Source: Squalus acanthias (Eukaryota). From it: 64,000 nt of DNA. The notes under the pieces were generated by a model. The model saw nothing but the letters and a program-made list of their open reading frames with translations. It ran no database searches and was not told where the DNA came from. The stretch lies in contig CM059432.1 in assembly GCA_030390025.1 (NCBI GenBank), positions 1,798,001 through 1,862,000 on the forward strand, in the 5' to 3' direction. Shown piece after piece: positions 23,669 to 36,851 of the stretch (positions within the stretch are counted from its first letter, which is position 1; every line of letters begins with the position of its first letter). The position numbers and the translations under genes were made by a program.

Positions 23669-25965
23669 CATAGAATCATAGAAAGTTACAGCACGGAAGG
23701 AGGCCATTTCGGCCCATCGTGTCCGCGCCGGCCAACAAAGAGCTATCCAGCCTAATCCCACTTCCCAGCTCTTGGTCCGTAGCTCTGCAGGTTAGAGCAT
23801 CCCAAGTGCACATCCAAGTACTTTTTAAATGTGGTTAGGGTTCCTGCCTCTATCACCCTTTCAGGCAGTGAGTTCCAGACCCCCACAACCCTCTGGGTGA
23901 AGAAATTTCCCCTCAAATCCCCTCTAAACCTTCCCCCAATTGCTTTAAATCTGTGCCCCCTGGTTTTTGACCCCTCTGCTAAGGGAAATAGGTCCTTTCT
24001 ATCCACTTTATCTACGCCCCTCATAATTTTATACACCTCAATAAGGTCTCCCCTCAGCCTCCTCTGTTCCAAGGAAAACAGACTCAGCCTATCCAGTCTT
24101 TCCTCATAGCTAAGATTCTCTACTCCCGGCAACATCCTTGTAAATCTCCTCTGTACCCTCTCTAGTGCAATCACATCTTTCCTGTAATGTGGTGACCAGA
24201 ACTGCACGCAGTACTCTAGCTGAAGCCTAACTAGTGTTTTATACAGTTGAAGCATAACCCCCCTGCTCTTGTATTCTATGCCACGGCTAATAAAGGCAAG
24301 CATTCCGTATGCCTTCTTAACCACCTTATCTACTTGGCCTGCTACCTTCAGGGATCTGTGGACATGCACTCCAAGGTCCCTTTGTTCCTCTACGCTACTC
24401 AGTGTCCTACCATTTAATGTGTATTCCCTTTCCTTGTTAGCCCGCCTCATTACCTCACACTTCTCCGGATTGATTCCATTTGCCACTGTTCTGCCCACCT
24501 GACCAATTTATTGATATCTTCCTGCAGTCTACAGCTTCCTTCTTCAGTATCAACCACACAGCCGATTTTAGTATCATCTGCAAACTTCTTAATCATACCC
24601 CCGATATTCAAGTCTCGATCATACCACAAAAAGCAAGGGACCTTGTACTGAGCCCTGCGGAACCCCACTGGAAACAGCCTTCCAGTCACAAAAACACCCA
24701 TCAACCATTACCCTCTGCTTCCTGTCTCTGAGCCAGTTTTGAATCCAACTTGACACTTTGCCCTGGATCCCATGGGCTTTTAACTTCTTGACCAGTCTGC
24801 CATGTGAAACCTTATCAAAAGTCTTGCTAAAGTCCATATACACTACATCAAACGCACTACCCTCATCTACCCTCCTTGTTACCTCCTCAAAAAATTCAAT
24901 CAAGTTTGTCAGACACGACCTTCCCTTAACAAATCCGTGCTGACTATCCTTGATTAATCCGTGTCTTTCTAAATGAAGATTTATCCTGTCCTTCAGAATT
25001 CTTTCCAATAATTGTCCCACCACCGAGGTTAGGCTGACTGGCCTGTAATTATTCGGTCTATCCTTTTCTCCCTTTTTAAACAAGGGTACCACATTAGCAG
25101 TCCTCCAGTCCTCCGGCACCACACCTGAAGCCAGAGAGGATTGAAAAATGATGGTCAGGGCCTCTGCTATTTCCTCTTTTGCTTCGCTTAACAGCCTGGG
25201 ATACATTTCATCCGGGCCTGGGGATTTATCCACTTTTAAAGCTGCTAAACCCCTTAATACAGTACTTCCTCTCTCACTATGTTTATTTCATCTAATATTT
25301 CACACTCCTCCCCCCGATAGCAATGTCTGCTTCGCCCCTCTCCTTTGTGAAAACAGACGCAAAGTATTCATTAAGAACCCTACCGACGTCTCCCGCCTCC
25401 ACACACAGATTACCCTCATGATCTCTAATAGGCCCTACCCTTTCTTTAGTTATCCTCTTACTCTTAATATATTTATAAAACATCTTTGGGTTTTCCTTGA
25501 TTTTACTTGCCAAGAATTTTTCATGCTCTCTCTTTGCTTTCCTAATATCATTTTTAATTGCACCCCTGTACTTTCTGTACTCCTCTAAAGATTCTGGAGT
25601 ATTTAGCCCTCGGTATCTGTCTTACACCTCCCTTTTTTTCTTTATCCTACCCTGTATGTCTCTAGACATCCAGGGGGCTCTAGATTTGTTCGTCCCACCT
25701 TTTTTCTTGAAGGGCACATGTTTGGTCTGAACCCTCTGGATCTCCTCCTTGAATGCCTCCCACTGCTCTGACACTGATTTACCTTCAAGTAGCTGTTTCC
25801 AGTCCACTATGGCTAAATCCCCTCTGAGCTTAGCAAAATTTGCTTTTCCCCAATTTAGAATTTTTATTCCTGGTCTATCCTTGTCCTTTTCTATAACTAC
25901 CTTAAATCTAACAGAATTATGGTCACTAGCACCAAAATGCTCCCCCACTGATACGACTTCTACCT
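23669..25965 (-). mobile_element. CR1 LINE, 5'-truncated, frameshifted ORF2
   Basis: ORFs 25622, 25292, 24619, 24450 and 23752 tile SDHN, KSPGPD, NYRPVSLTS, GVPQGS, KFADDTK and the C-terminus; (TCTATGAT)n tail at ~23669-23681. Confidence 0.95.
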
Positions 25966-26169
25966 GCTCCTGTGAAGCACCCTGGGACGTTTCACTACGT
26001 TAAAGGCGCTGTATAAATGCAAGTTGTTGTTGTTGTGTCAGTCATTGACCACCTGGTCTTATGCGTTTCATTATATTTGTTTTCTGCAGGGGGTTTTGTG
26101 AATTATGTGACACAAAGTCGAAAGTTAAGACTTGATGAAGTATCCACAAACACCCCAACAGCAATCCAT

Positions 26170-26520
26170 CTGTTCAAAATTATGAAAAGAGTAGATGGGG
26201 AGAAATTGTTTCCACTGGCAGGAGGGTCGGTAACCAGGGGACACAGAATTAAGATAATTGGCAAAAGAACCAGAGGGGGAGATGGGGAGAAATGTTTTTT
26301 ACGCAGTGAGTTGTTGTGATCTGGAATGCGCTGCCTGAAAGGGCGGTGGAAGCAGATTCAATAGTAACTTTCAAAAGGGGAATTGGATAAATACTTGAAA
26401 AGGAAAAAGGGCTATAGGGAAAGAGCAGGGGGCAGTGGGACTAATTGGAGAGCTCTTTCAAAGAGCCGGCACAGGCACGATGGGCCGAATGGCCTCCTTC
26501 TGTGCTGTGCCATTCTATGA
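26170..26520 (+). mobile_element. CR1 3' fragment
   Basis: LFPLAGGSVTRGHR; tail ATTCTATGA. Confidence 0.8.
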
Positions 26521-27004
26521 TCTGAGCGAACGAACAGAAGAACCAACAGTGCGCACAGCGAGTCGCTCTAGCACACGCTGAAACAAGGGTTTTAGTTCAA
26601 AACCAAGAAAAATAAAGACCTTGTGTGACAAGCTGCAAAGATTAAGAGATCTGTGCAGCAGACTGAGGCCTGGTATTCAGGGGGAAGTTACCATCTGGTC
26701 CAGCAGCCTGCCCATGTTCAACATGAATCTCACTAACCAGCATTTAGACAAGCAGAGAATGCTTACGGTGAGGGTGCGTGAAGTGTGTGTTAATCTACCG
26801 TCAGCCCATTAACACATCTGCTGGTGGCTTCTTCCAGAGTAACCGGAATCGGGCGAGTAGGGAGCCTGAGGAACATCAGCACAGGTTTTTTTTTTAATCT
26901 CGTGGAGCATGTGGGAGAGTTTTTTTCCCAATTTGAAAAAAAGTCAAGGCTCCATGACTGTATTAGCAGGCCTAGTAACCCAATCCGTTGTTTCACCTGT
27001 GCAG

Positions 27005-27440
27005 TCACTCCAAGTCCCGTTCGCCCATCACCGCCCCCCCCCCCCCACCATGTGCTCGCTGACCTACATTGACTCCCGGTCCGGCAATGCCTCAATTTAA
27101 AAATTCTCATCCTTGTTTTCAAATCGTTCATCCCTCCCTATCTCCGTAACCTCCTCCAGCCCTGCAACCCCCCCCCCACCCCCCCCGAGATCTCTGCCCT
27201 CCTGAAATTCTAGCCTCTTGCCCATCCCCCGATTTCCATCGCTCCACCATTGGCGGCCGTGCCTTCAGCTGCCTGGGCCCCAAGCTCTGGAATTCCCTCC
27301 CTAAACCTCTCCGCCTCTCTCTCCTCCTTTAAGACGCTCCTTAAATCCTCCCTCTTTGACCAACCTTTTGGTCACCTGTCCTAATATCTCCTTAAGTGGC
27401 TCAGTGTCAAATTTTGTTTGATAATCGCTCCTGTGAAGCA
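27005..27440 (+). mobile_element. L2 3' fragment
   Basis: Nucleotide match to other L2 copies in the window. Confidence 0.8.
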
Positions 27441-27551
27441 TTTTTTAATTGGAAATCCTCTCTCTCTCCTCCCCCTCCCTCTCCACAATTAGTCATAGAA
27501 TCACACAGTACAGAAAGGGGCTATTTGGCCCATCGTGCCTGTGCTAGCTCT

Positions 27552-29020
27552 GTGTCAGCTGTGGCTCAGTGGGCAGCACCCTCGCCTCTGAGTCAGAAGG
27601 TTGTGGGTTCAAGTCCCACTCCAGAGACTCGAGCACAAAAATCCAGGCTGACACTCCCAGCGCAGTGCTGAGGGAGCACCGCACTGTCGGAGGTGACGTC
27701 TTTCAGATGAGACGTTAAACCGGGGCCCCGTCTGCCCTCTCAGGACAGGATTGAGTTTTAAATATTCCTGGATATAAGGTGTTCGGGAAGGAAGGAAAGA
27801 AAGAAAGGAGGTGGGGTGGCAGTATTGGTTAAGGAGAATGTTACAGTGCTGGAGAGGGAGGATGTCCTGGAGGGGTCAAGGACAGAATCTATTTGGTTAG
27901 AGTAAGAAATAATAGAGGTGCCATTACACTACTAGGTGTATTCTATAGGCCACCAACTAGTGGGAAGGATATAGAGAAGCAAATTTGCAGGGAAATTACA
28001 GAGAAGTGCAAGAACTATAGAGTAGTGATAATGGGAGACTTCAACTATCCTAATATAGACTGGGATAGTAATAGTGTAAAGGGCAGAGAGAGGGGGAAGA
28101 ATTTCTGAAGTGTGTTCAGGAGAACTTTCTTGATCAGTATGTTTCCAGCCCAATGAGGAAGGAGGCATTGCTGGATCTGGTTCTATGGAATGAACTGGGT
28201 CAAGTGGAACAAGTGTCAGTAGGGGAACATTTAACAGTTATCATAAGGTTTAGGTTAGCTATGGAAAAATACAAAGAGAAAATCTAGAGTAAAAATACTT
28301 AATTGGAGGAAGGCCAATTTCAGTGGGTTGAGAACAGATTTGGCCCGGGTAAATTGGAATTAAAGATTGGTAGGCAAAACTGTAATTGAACAAGCCTTTA
28401 AAGAGATAGTTCGGGTACAGTTGAGGTACATTCCCACTAGGGGGAAAGGTAGGGCAACTAAAGTCAGAGCTCCCTGGATGACGAAAGAGATAGAAAGCAA
28501 GATGAGGCAGAAAAAGAGCGTGTATGACAGATGTCAGGTTGAGAATACAAGTGAGAACCAGGCTGAATATAGACAGTTCAGAGGGGAAATGAAAAAGCAA
28601 ATAAAAGGGGCACAGAGAGAGCATGAGAATAGATTGGCAGCTAACATAAAAAGGAGTCCAAAAGTCTTCTATAGGCATGTAAATCGTAAAGTCCAAATGG
28701 CCTCCTGCTGTGCTGTAATGATTCTATCATTCTATGATTCTCAGCCGGACGTAAAAGATCCCACGGCACTATTTCGAAGAAGAGCAGGGGAGTTCTCCCC
28801 GGTGTCCTGGGGCCAATATTTATCCCTCAACCATCATCACTAAAACAGATGATCTGGTCATTATCACATTGCTGTTTGTGGGATCTTGCTGGGCGCTAAT
28901 TGGCTGCCGTGTTTCCTACATTACAACAGTGACTACACTTCAAAAAGTACTTCATTGGCTGTAAAGCGCTTTGGGACGTCCTGAGGTTGTGAAAGGCGCT
29001 ATAGAAATGCAGGTCTCTCT
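27552..29020 (+). mobile_element. Deu-SINE interrupted by an internally deleted CR1 (APE region, ~27745-28740)
   Basis: SINE head and core 27552-27745 resume at 28740; insert encodes GVFYRPP, IMGDFNYPNIDW and ends in ATTCTATCATTCTATGATTC. Confidence 0.8.
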
Positions 29021-29149
29021 TTCTCTTTGAATGAGCTATAAAATGAGTCCCACTCCGCCTGCTCGTTCTCCATAGTTCTTCAGGTTTTTCCTGTTTCAGT
29101 ATATATCCAATTCCTTTTAGAAAGTTACGGTTGAAGCATTTAAAATGAA

Positions 29150-29512
29150 TCAAAATCATGAAGGGTTTTGATGGAGTAAATAAGGAGAAGCTGTTTCCAG
29201 TGGCAGGAGGGTCGGTAACCAGAGGACACAGATTGAAAGTAATCGGCAAAAGAACCAGAGGGAGAGAGGAGGAGAATGTTTTTCACACAGCGAGTTGTTG
29301 TGATCTGGAATGCGCTGCCTGAAAGGGCGGTGGAGGCAGATTCAATCGTAACTTTCAAAAGGGAATTGGATAAATACTTGATGGGGAGAAAATTTGCAGG
29401 GCTATGGGGAAGGAACAGGGGGGAGTGGGACTAATTGGAGAGCTCGTTCAAAGAGCCGGCACAGGCACGATGGGCCGAATGGCCTCCTTCGGTGCTGCAT
29501 CATTCTATGAAT
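29150..29512 (+). mobile_element. CR1 3' fragment
   Basis: Match to other CR1 copies; CATTCTATGA tail. Confidence 0.8.
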
Positions 29513-29539
29513 CTGCTCCCACCAACCTTTTAGGCTGTG

Positions 29540-29945
29540 CAAATTCTCATCCTTGTTTTCAAATCCCTCCACGGCCTCGGCCCTCCCTATCTCTGGAACC
29601 TCCTCCTCCAGCCCCACAACCTCCCGAGATCTCTGCGCTCCTCCAATTCTGCCCTCTCGCACATCCCTGATTATAATCGCTCAACCATTGGTGGCTGTGC
29701 CTTCAGCTGCCTGGGCCCTAAACTCTGGAATTCCCTCCCTAAACCTCTCTGCCTCTCCCTGCCTCTCTCTCCTCCTTTAAGACGCTCCTTAAAACCTCCC
29801 TCTTTGACCAAGCCTTTGGTCACCTGCCCTAATTTCTCTTTCTGTGGCTCGGTGACAAATTTTGTTTGATAATCGCTCCTGTGACACGCCTTGGGAACGT
29901 GTTGCTTCGTTAAAGGCGCTGTGTTAAACACATGTTGTCGTTGCA
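29540..29945 (+). mobile_element. L2 3' end
   Basis: ORF 29537..29869 with L2 motifs. Confidence 0.85.
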
Positions 29946-30854
29946 TTCCACGCCGTAACAGTGCGCTGCGTAAAAAAAAGGTTCTCCGATTCCACCTGTT
30001 TTTTCATTCAGTTTCCGAAATTGGCGGGTTTTCTTTTTAGCTGCAAGGTATTGTTAGCTCTGTGCGCTTCCAGAGAGGTGGAATGCAGGCTCCTCCAGCG
30101 TGTGAATAGCTTAATCCTTCATACAGAAGAAAGCAAGCTAGCTAGCCTTTACCGCCCCCCGGGTACCCCGGCACACCCCTCCCCAGCACACTTCCCTTTG
30201 TTTCATTGCGGACTCCAGCCGCAGCCAGCCAGGCTAATTAAAGATGTGCTAAAGTATTCTTAAGCTGATCTTGCTGAGATCTGCATTTCCCACTCATGTC
30301 CTGAGGAAAGTGCGCAGACATGTCAATGAGTTTAATGATCAGGTGCCCTTCTCATCCCGCTCAGAGACTGAAACCGGAGAAGCAAAGAGGCAGGATCGAG
30401 TTACAAGCTTCAGAATCCGTTGCTGCTGATCACACACACACACACACAGCTCTGGTAATTATCCTCCTGCCCCTGTACATTCCATCCTGCTTCACTCCCT
30501 CCTCCCCTCTACCCTCAGTGCAAACATTTTCAGAATGCGACCGAATGAGTTTCTGGCACATCTTACGTTCCAGGCGGAATCAGTGTCCCAGACCAATAAA
30601 ACAGAACAAAAGCAATCTCGCTGAAACGTTCGACAGCACAGATACACGCAGCCCTGGTCACTATCGGGGATGACACGCCGGGCTATTTTACGACAAAAAA
30701 AACATTCGAGCAGGAAAAAGCCACGTTGGGATTTTTTTTTATTTCCAACTAATTTTTCCCAGTAAACAAATTCCTGCGCTCTCGGCCCCCAGAATCTTCT
30801 GGGAAAATGGTGGTGAGTTTAATATGCGCTCTGGTATTAGGACAGGTGCAAAAA

Positions 30855-31510
30855 ACCTGATGTTACAGGTTAATGGAATGTTGCCCTTTATCCCGAGGGC
30901 TGGATTACAAAGGGCTGGAAGTGATGCTACAGCTGCACAAAGCTCTGCTCAGACCCCATCCGGAGTAACTGCGTTCAGTTCTGGGTCCCGCACCTCAGGA
31001 AGGATATATCGGCCTTGGAGGGGGAGCAGCGCAGATTCACCAGAATGATACCGGGGCTGAAAGGGTTAAATTACGAGGACAGGTTGCACAGACTAGGCTT
31101 GTATTCCCTCGAGTGTAGAAGATTAAGGGGTGATCTAATCGAGGTGTTTAAGATGATTAAAGGAGTTGATAGGGTAGATAGAGAGAAACTATTTCCTCTG
31201 GTGGGGGAGTCCAGAACAAGGGGGGCAGAACCTTAAAATTAGAGCCAGGCCGTTCAGGGGTGATGTCAGGAAGCACTTCTTCACACAAAGGGTGGTGGAA
31301 ATCTGGAACTCTCTCCCCCAAAGAGCTGTTGAGGCTGGTGGGGCCAATTGAAGATTACAAAACTGAGAGTGATAGATTTTTGCTGGGTAAGGGTATTAAG
31401 GGTTATGGACCCAAGGCGGGTAGATTAAGCTAAGATACAGATCAGCCCTGATCTGATTGAATGGCGGAATAGGCTCGAGGGGCCGAATGGCCTCCTTCCT
31501 GTTCCTATGT
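30855..31510 (+). mobile_element. CR1 3' fragment
   Basis: ORF 31015..31236 RRFTRMIPG...LYSLECRRLRGDLIEVFK. Confidence 0.85.
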
Positions 31511-31736
31511 GAAGAAAGTGTCATCAAGACGTCAGGCTGGTAAATATAATTCCTGGATTAAGGATTCCGCTTTTGTTGTTTTGCAGCTACTGATTTCTAA
31601 ATCTGTAAACGACAGAGCAATTCATATATAAAGATTGATATCAATGGCAAGAAGTCTGTGATCAAACCCAAGTGCCTGCTTGTGTCCGTGAAAGGTTTTC
31701 GCATCTCAGAATGTGATTGGCTTTGATCGATGTCTA

Positions 31737-32575
31737 AAACAACAACTTGTATTTATATATCGCCTTTAACCTAAAATATCGCCTAAAACGTCCCAAGGCG
31801 CTTCACAGGAACGTTATAAAACACAATCTGACACCGAGCCACATCAGGAGATATTAGGACAGGTGACCTAAAGCTTGGTCAAAGAGGGAGGTTTTAAGGA
31901 ACATCTTAAAGGAGGAGAGAGAGAGGTGGAGAGGTTTAGGGAGGGAATTCCAGAGCTTGGGGCCCAGGCAGCTGAAGGCACGGCCGCCAATGGTGGAGCG
32001 ATTAAAATCGAGGATGCGCAAGAGGCCAGAATTGGAAGCACACAGAGATCCCCGAGGGCTGTAGGGCTGGAGGAGGTTACAGAGATAGGGAGGGGGCGAG
32101 GGCCATGGAGGGATTTGAAAACAAGGATGAGAATTTTAAGATTGAGGCGTTGCCGGACTGGGAGCCAATGTCTTCTTCTCCTTCTTAGGCAGTCCCTCGG
32201 AACCGAGGATGACTTACTTCCACATTAAAAATGAGTTCTCAGGTGGTTGATGAGTCCAATGCGGGACCTACAGTCTCTGTCACAGGTGGGGCAGACGGTG
32301 GTTGAAGGGGCAGGTGGGTGGGGTGCTTGGGTTGACGTGCGCTCCTTCCGCTGCCTGCGCTTGGCTTCCGCTTGCTCCCGGCGAAGAGACTCGAGGTGTT
32401 TGCCGCTTTCCCGGATGCTTCTCCTCCACTTTGTACGGTCTTGTAGGTCGGCGAGCACAGGGGAGATGGGTGAACAGGACTGGGTACGAGTTAGAACACA
32501 GGCAGCAGAGTTTTGGATGAGCTGTAGTTTATGGAGGGTGCAAAGTTGTAGGCCAGCAAGGAGAGCGCTGGAATA
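31737..32575 (-). mobile_element. L2 3' fragment containing an RTE 3' fragment
   Basis: L2 split at GAGCCAATGT|...|TGTAGGTCGGCGAGC. Confidence 0.8.
32172..32440 (-). mobile_element. RTE 3' fragment (same family as 9365-10530)
   Basis: ORF 32225..32458 DRTKWRRSI...CPTCDRDCRSRIGLINHLRTH; near-identical to 9380-9630. Confidence 0.85.
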
Positions 32576-32952
32576 AACCAGCAGAATATTAATTCTGACG
32601 GAAAATGCAAGCGAATGTGCGGTTAGTTCGCTAACCTCTTTTTTTCTTCAGTAATCTAATGATTGGCAAAGTTCCCAAGTGCTCACAATATCCGAGATGT
32701 TGTCATTTGTCGCGCAAAGGCAAGGCAACATTTCTAGGTGAGGCATCAATGTCTTTATGAAAGGTTTCCCAAATTCAATCGCTTGGTTGCTCAGTGATCT
32801 TCGAGCCTGTGTTTCAGCCACTGGGGCAGTCGGGCCAACAGGGTTTGAGTGCCCAGGTCACACAAGACATCACTGTGAATTTTAATGACACTGTACGCTC
32901 AGAAAATGTGGGGGTGGGGGATGTGCATTAATGAGCACCGCATCTTCTCATA

Positions 32953-33390
32953 GTGTCAGCCTGTGGCTCAGTGGGCAGCACCCTTGCCTCTGAGTCAGAG
33001 GGTTGTGGGTTCAAGTCCCACTCCAGAGACTTGAGCACAAAAATCTAGGCTGACACTCTCAGTGCAGTACTGAGGGAGTGCTGCACTGTCCGAGGTGCCG
33101 TCTTTCGGATGAGACGTTAAACCAAGGCCCCGTCTGCTCTCTCAGGTGGATGTAAGAAGAATAGCAGGTGAGTTCTCCCCGGTGTCCCGGCCAATATTTA
33201 TCCCTCAATCAACATCACTAAAAAACAGATGATCTGGTCATTAACACATTGCTGTTTGTGGGAGCTTGCTGTGTGCAATTTGGCTGCCGTGTTTCCTACA
33301 TTACAACAGTGACCACACTTCAAAAAGTACTTCATTGGCTGTAAAGCGCTTTGGGACGTCCTGAGGTTGTGAAATGCGAGTCTTTCTTTC
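32953..33390 (+). mobile_element. Deu-SINE (SacSINE1-like)
   Basis: A box TGGCTCAGTGG, B box GGTTCAAGTCC, Deu core, L2-like tail. Confidence 0.9.
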
Positions 33391-33504
33391 ATGCACTGAA
33401 ACTTCACAATTAAACATAAATGATATTTCTCAACTTAGCCCCCCTACAGCAGGCAAATGAAACATCATTGTGCAAGGGTGCAAGCCATGCTTCCCCTTAC
33501 GTAC

Positions 33505-34125
33505 CATAGGAGCAGGAGGAGGCCATTCAGCCCCTCGAGCCTGTTCCGCCATTCAATGGGATCATGGCTGATCTGTATCTTAACTCCATCTATCCGCCTT
33601 GGTTCCATAACCCTTAATACCCCTACCCAAGAAAAATCTATCCATCTCAGTTTTGAATTTTCAATTGACCTCCCACAGCCTCAACAGCTTTTTGGGGGAG
33701 AGAGTTCCAGATTTCCACCACCCTTCCTGAACGGCCTGGCTCTAATTTTAAGGTCATACCCCCTTGTTCTGGACTCCCCCCATCAGAGGAAATAGTTTCT
33801 CTCTCTCTACCCTATCGAATCCTTTAATCATCTTAAACACCTCGATTAGATCACACCTTAATCTTCTATACTCGAGGGAATACAAGCCCAGTCTGTGCAA
33901 CCTGTCCTCATAATTGAACCCTTTCTGCCCCGGTATCATTCTGGTGAATCTGCGCTGCTCCCCCTCCGAGGTCAATATATCCTTCCTGAGGTGCGGGGCC
34001 CAGAACGGAACGCAGTTACTCCAGGTGGGGTCTAACCAGAGCTCTGTACAGCTGTAGCATCACTTCCACCCCTCTGTATTCCAGCCCTCTTGTGATAAAG
34101 GCCAATATTCCATTAACCTTTTAAA
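33505..34125 (-). mobile_element. CR1 3' fragment
   Basis: ORF 33754..33975; same subfamily as 30855-31510. Confidence 0.85.
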
Positions 34126-34161
34126 ATGATATTTTCATGCCAGTTCCAAACACATCTTTAA

Positions 34162-35512
34162 GGGGAAGAAATTCGGTATCGCCCTGTTTGGGGCGCAATT
34201 ATCAGCCGGGCGCAAAGTTTAGCGCCTGGCGCTAATTATCGCCTCCGACTGAAAGGGTTCAATTATGAATCTTAGCTATGAGGAAAGACTGGATAGGCTG
34301 GGTCTGTTTTCCTTGGAACAGAGGAGGCTGAGGGGAGACCTTATTGAGGTGTATAAAATTATGAGGGGCATAGATAAAGTGGATAGAAAGGACCTATTTC
34401 CCTTAGCAGAGGGGTCAAAAAAAAGGGGGGAACAGATTTAAAGTAATTGGTGGAAGGTTTGGAGGGGATTTGAGGGGAAATTTCTTCACCCAGAGGGTTG
34501 TGGGGGTCTGGAACTCACTGCCTGAAAGGGTGGTAGAGGCAGGAACCCTAATCACATTTAAAAAGTACTTGGATGTGCACTTGGGATGCTCTAACCTGCA
34601 GGGCTACGGACCAAGAGCTGGGAAGTGGGATTAGGCTGGATAGCTCTTTGTTGGCTGGCGCGGACACGATGGGCCGAAATGGCCTCCTTCCGTGCTGTAA
34701 CTTTCTTTGATTCGATGACTACAAACTTGACTTTTATCGCCCCTGGAGGTGATTGGAGCGCTAAATCAGGCGCTACACACCTCTCTTAAGGCGCTAACGC
34801 CGAGGAGCGAGGCGCAACCTCAGAGCGCTGCCGAAGCTCATGTGATGTCAGTCAGCAATGGAATACAGACACACTGGCGCCGGTCAGTTCTTAAAGGGGA
34901 GGGTTGATCTTGCTCTCCATCCACAACCTGCTCACTGCAGCCTTGAATCTCGGCCTGGAGAGTCCTGTACATCAAATCTGCTGGAAAGAACAATGGAGAG
35001 AAACAGGGAAAGAGCTCAGACTGCAGCCCCCACAGTCTCTTCTAAATCGATGCAAGGAAGGTCAAATCAAAATGAACCTGCAAAGTGCTGCTCACTACCC
35101 AAAACTCCTTCACACAGCATTGAATCTCTCCAGAAGTCTCTCTCTCTCTCTCAGAATGCGTGGTGCAAAAATGTCGCCGACAAAAAAAGGAAGGAAGCGG
35201 TCGCCTTTAAATAGCGCTCCCCCAGTCCCTTCCCGACTGCAAAATGCTCCCCTCAACTTGTCGTTGCTAGTGGCAGGCGGTAAGGCAGGGGGCGCCACTC
35301 AATATCGCTCCGGGGCGATACTGGGGCGTTGTGCACTCGACTGACGTCACGATCTGCGGGCGCAGGAGATCGTGGCGGTAGTGTTTAGCGCCGCCGCAAA
35401 ATGTCTAGTTAATTTCGCGAGCGGCGCAAACATTGCCGCGCCCGGCGCGCTAGTTGCTTTGCGACCTCTTAGGGCACTAACGGGAGGCGCAAAGCAACCG
35501 AATTTCTCCCCC
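34162..35512. mobile_element. Harbinger-like MITE family 1, second copy (opposite orientation) with CR1 insertion
   Basis: TIR GGGGAAGAAATTCGG / CCGAATTTCTCCCCC; colinear reverse complement of 2185-3075. Confidence 0.8.
34252..34716 (+). mobile_element. CR1 3' fragment inserted in MITE
   Basis: Near-identical to 23669-24125; flanked by GACT duplication. Confidence 0.85.
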
Positions 35513-36686
35513 ATGATCTTCTGCGGGTGTGTGTGGTGGGGGGGGGGGGGGGGAATTTTGGAGCTGTGAGGTACAAGAATTCTGGATTCTAAAGCAATTC
35601 TGCTAGTTCAACATCCTTTTGCAATATGAAGTTTGATATAAGAGACTGCTTTAAGTGGAAATAGGTGCAGATTTAGGAGCTGGCGACAATCAATAGATCT
35701 TTTTTATTGGTCTATCACAGATTACATACAAAATGCAACTCTATCAAACCACACGCAGATCAGAATGATCCGCATTGAAGATTCCAAACCCAGCTTGGAG
35801 AATGATGGATGGGTCTGAGAGGATTCTGGTGGTTTCTGATGTGTTGCTATTGACAACATCAAACAAATGCAGTTAATTCAAGCACTGGACAAGAGATTAC
35901 ATCGAATTTACAGCACAGAAACAGGCCATTCGGCCCATGCTGGTGTTTATGCGCCACACGAGCCTCCTCCTATCCTTCTGCATCTTACCCTGTCAGCATA
36001 TCATAAGAACATAGGAATTAGGAGCAGGAGTCGGCCATTCGGCCCCTCGAGCCTGCTCCGCCATTCAATAAGATCATGGCTGATCTTCGACCTCAACTCC
36101 ACTTTCCCGCCCGATCTCCATATCCCTCGATTCCCCAAGAGTCCAAAAATCTATCGATCTCAGCCTTGAATATACTCATGATGTGGAGATGCCGGCGTTG
36201 GACTGGGGTGGACAAAAATGAGAAGTCGCACAACACCAGGTTATAGTCCAACAGATTTATTTAATTTTACAAGCTTTCGGAGCTGTCGCTCCTTCCTCAG
36301 GTAGGGTAGCAGTGAGAGAATCTCCCAGAATTCACAATTTAAACACAGACAAAATCTATTCAAATATTTCCCTACATCAAAGACACACTAAGAGCACAGC
36401 CAAGACAATGAGATGTGTCCCAGGGGGTCCAACGTGTCAAACCACCTGCTGGCTGCATATCCTGTCAATTTGTGTTGGTTTCTTGTGTTAGTCTTTTTAA
36501 AAAAAAACACCTGGGACGACCGGCCATGATGTCAAGTCACGTTCTGTATCGTGACATGAACCCGATATCGCGATTGAGGCCATCCTCATGAGTGCGGAAC
36601 TTGGCTATCAGTTTCTGCTCTATGATTTTGCGCTGTCGTGTATCCCGAAGGCTGCCTTGGAGGACGCTTACCCGCAGATCCGAGGC

Positions 36687-36851
36687 AGCCAGGGGCATTC
36701 AGCCTCGGATCTGCGGGTAAGCGTCCTCCAAGGCGGCCTTCGGGATACACGACAGCGCAAAATCATAGAGCAGAAACTGATGGCCAAGTTCCGCACTCAT
36801 GAGGATGGCCTCAATCGCGATATCGGGTTCATGTCACGATACAGAACGTGA
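36687..36851 (+). pseudogene. C-terminal fragment of the PLE GIY-YIG endonuclease domain
   Basis: SQGHSASDLRVSVLQGGLRDTRQRKIIEQKLMAKFRTHEDGLNRD fits the PLE H..D....L...R...E......T...GLN pattern. Confidence 0.8.

Noticed and set aside
26680..26880. Possible minus-strand exon(s) with a TTCCTCAG acceptor and a GTAACT donor
   Set aside because: Stop codons in all three frames between the sites and no recognisable peptide.
32953..33030. tRNA gene (A and B boxes), also at other SINE heads
   Set aside because: Continues directly into the Deu-SINE core; it is a tRNA-derived SINE head, not a tRNA.
36588..36686. N-terminal third of the 87-aa ORF
   Set aside because: Antisense read of the left palindrome arm; only 36687-36851 is genuine PLE coding sequence.
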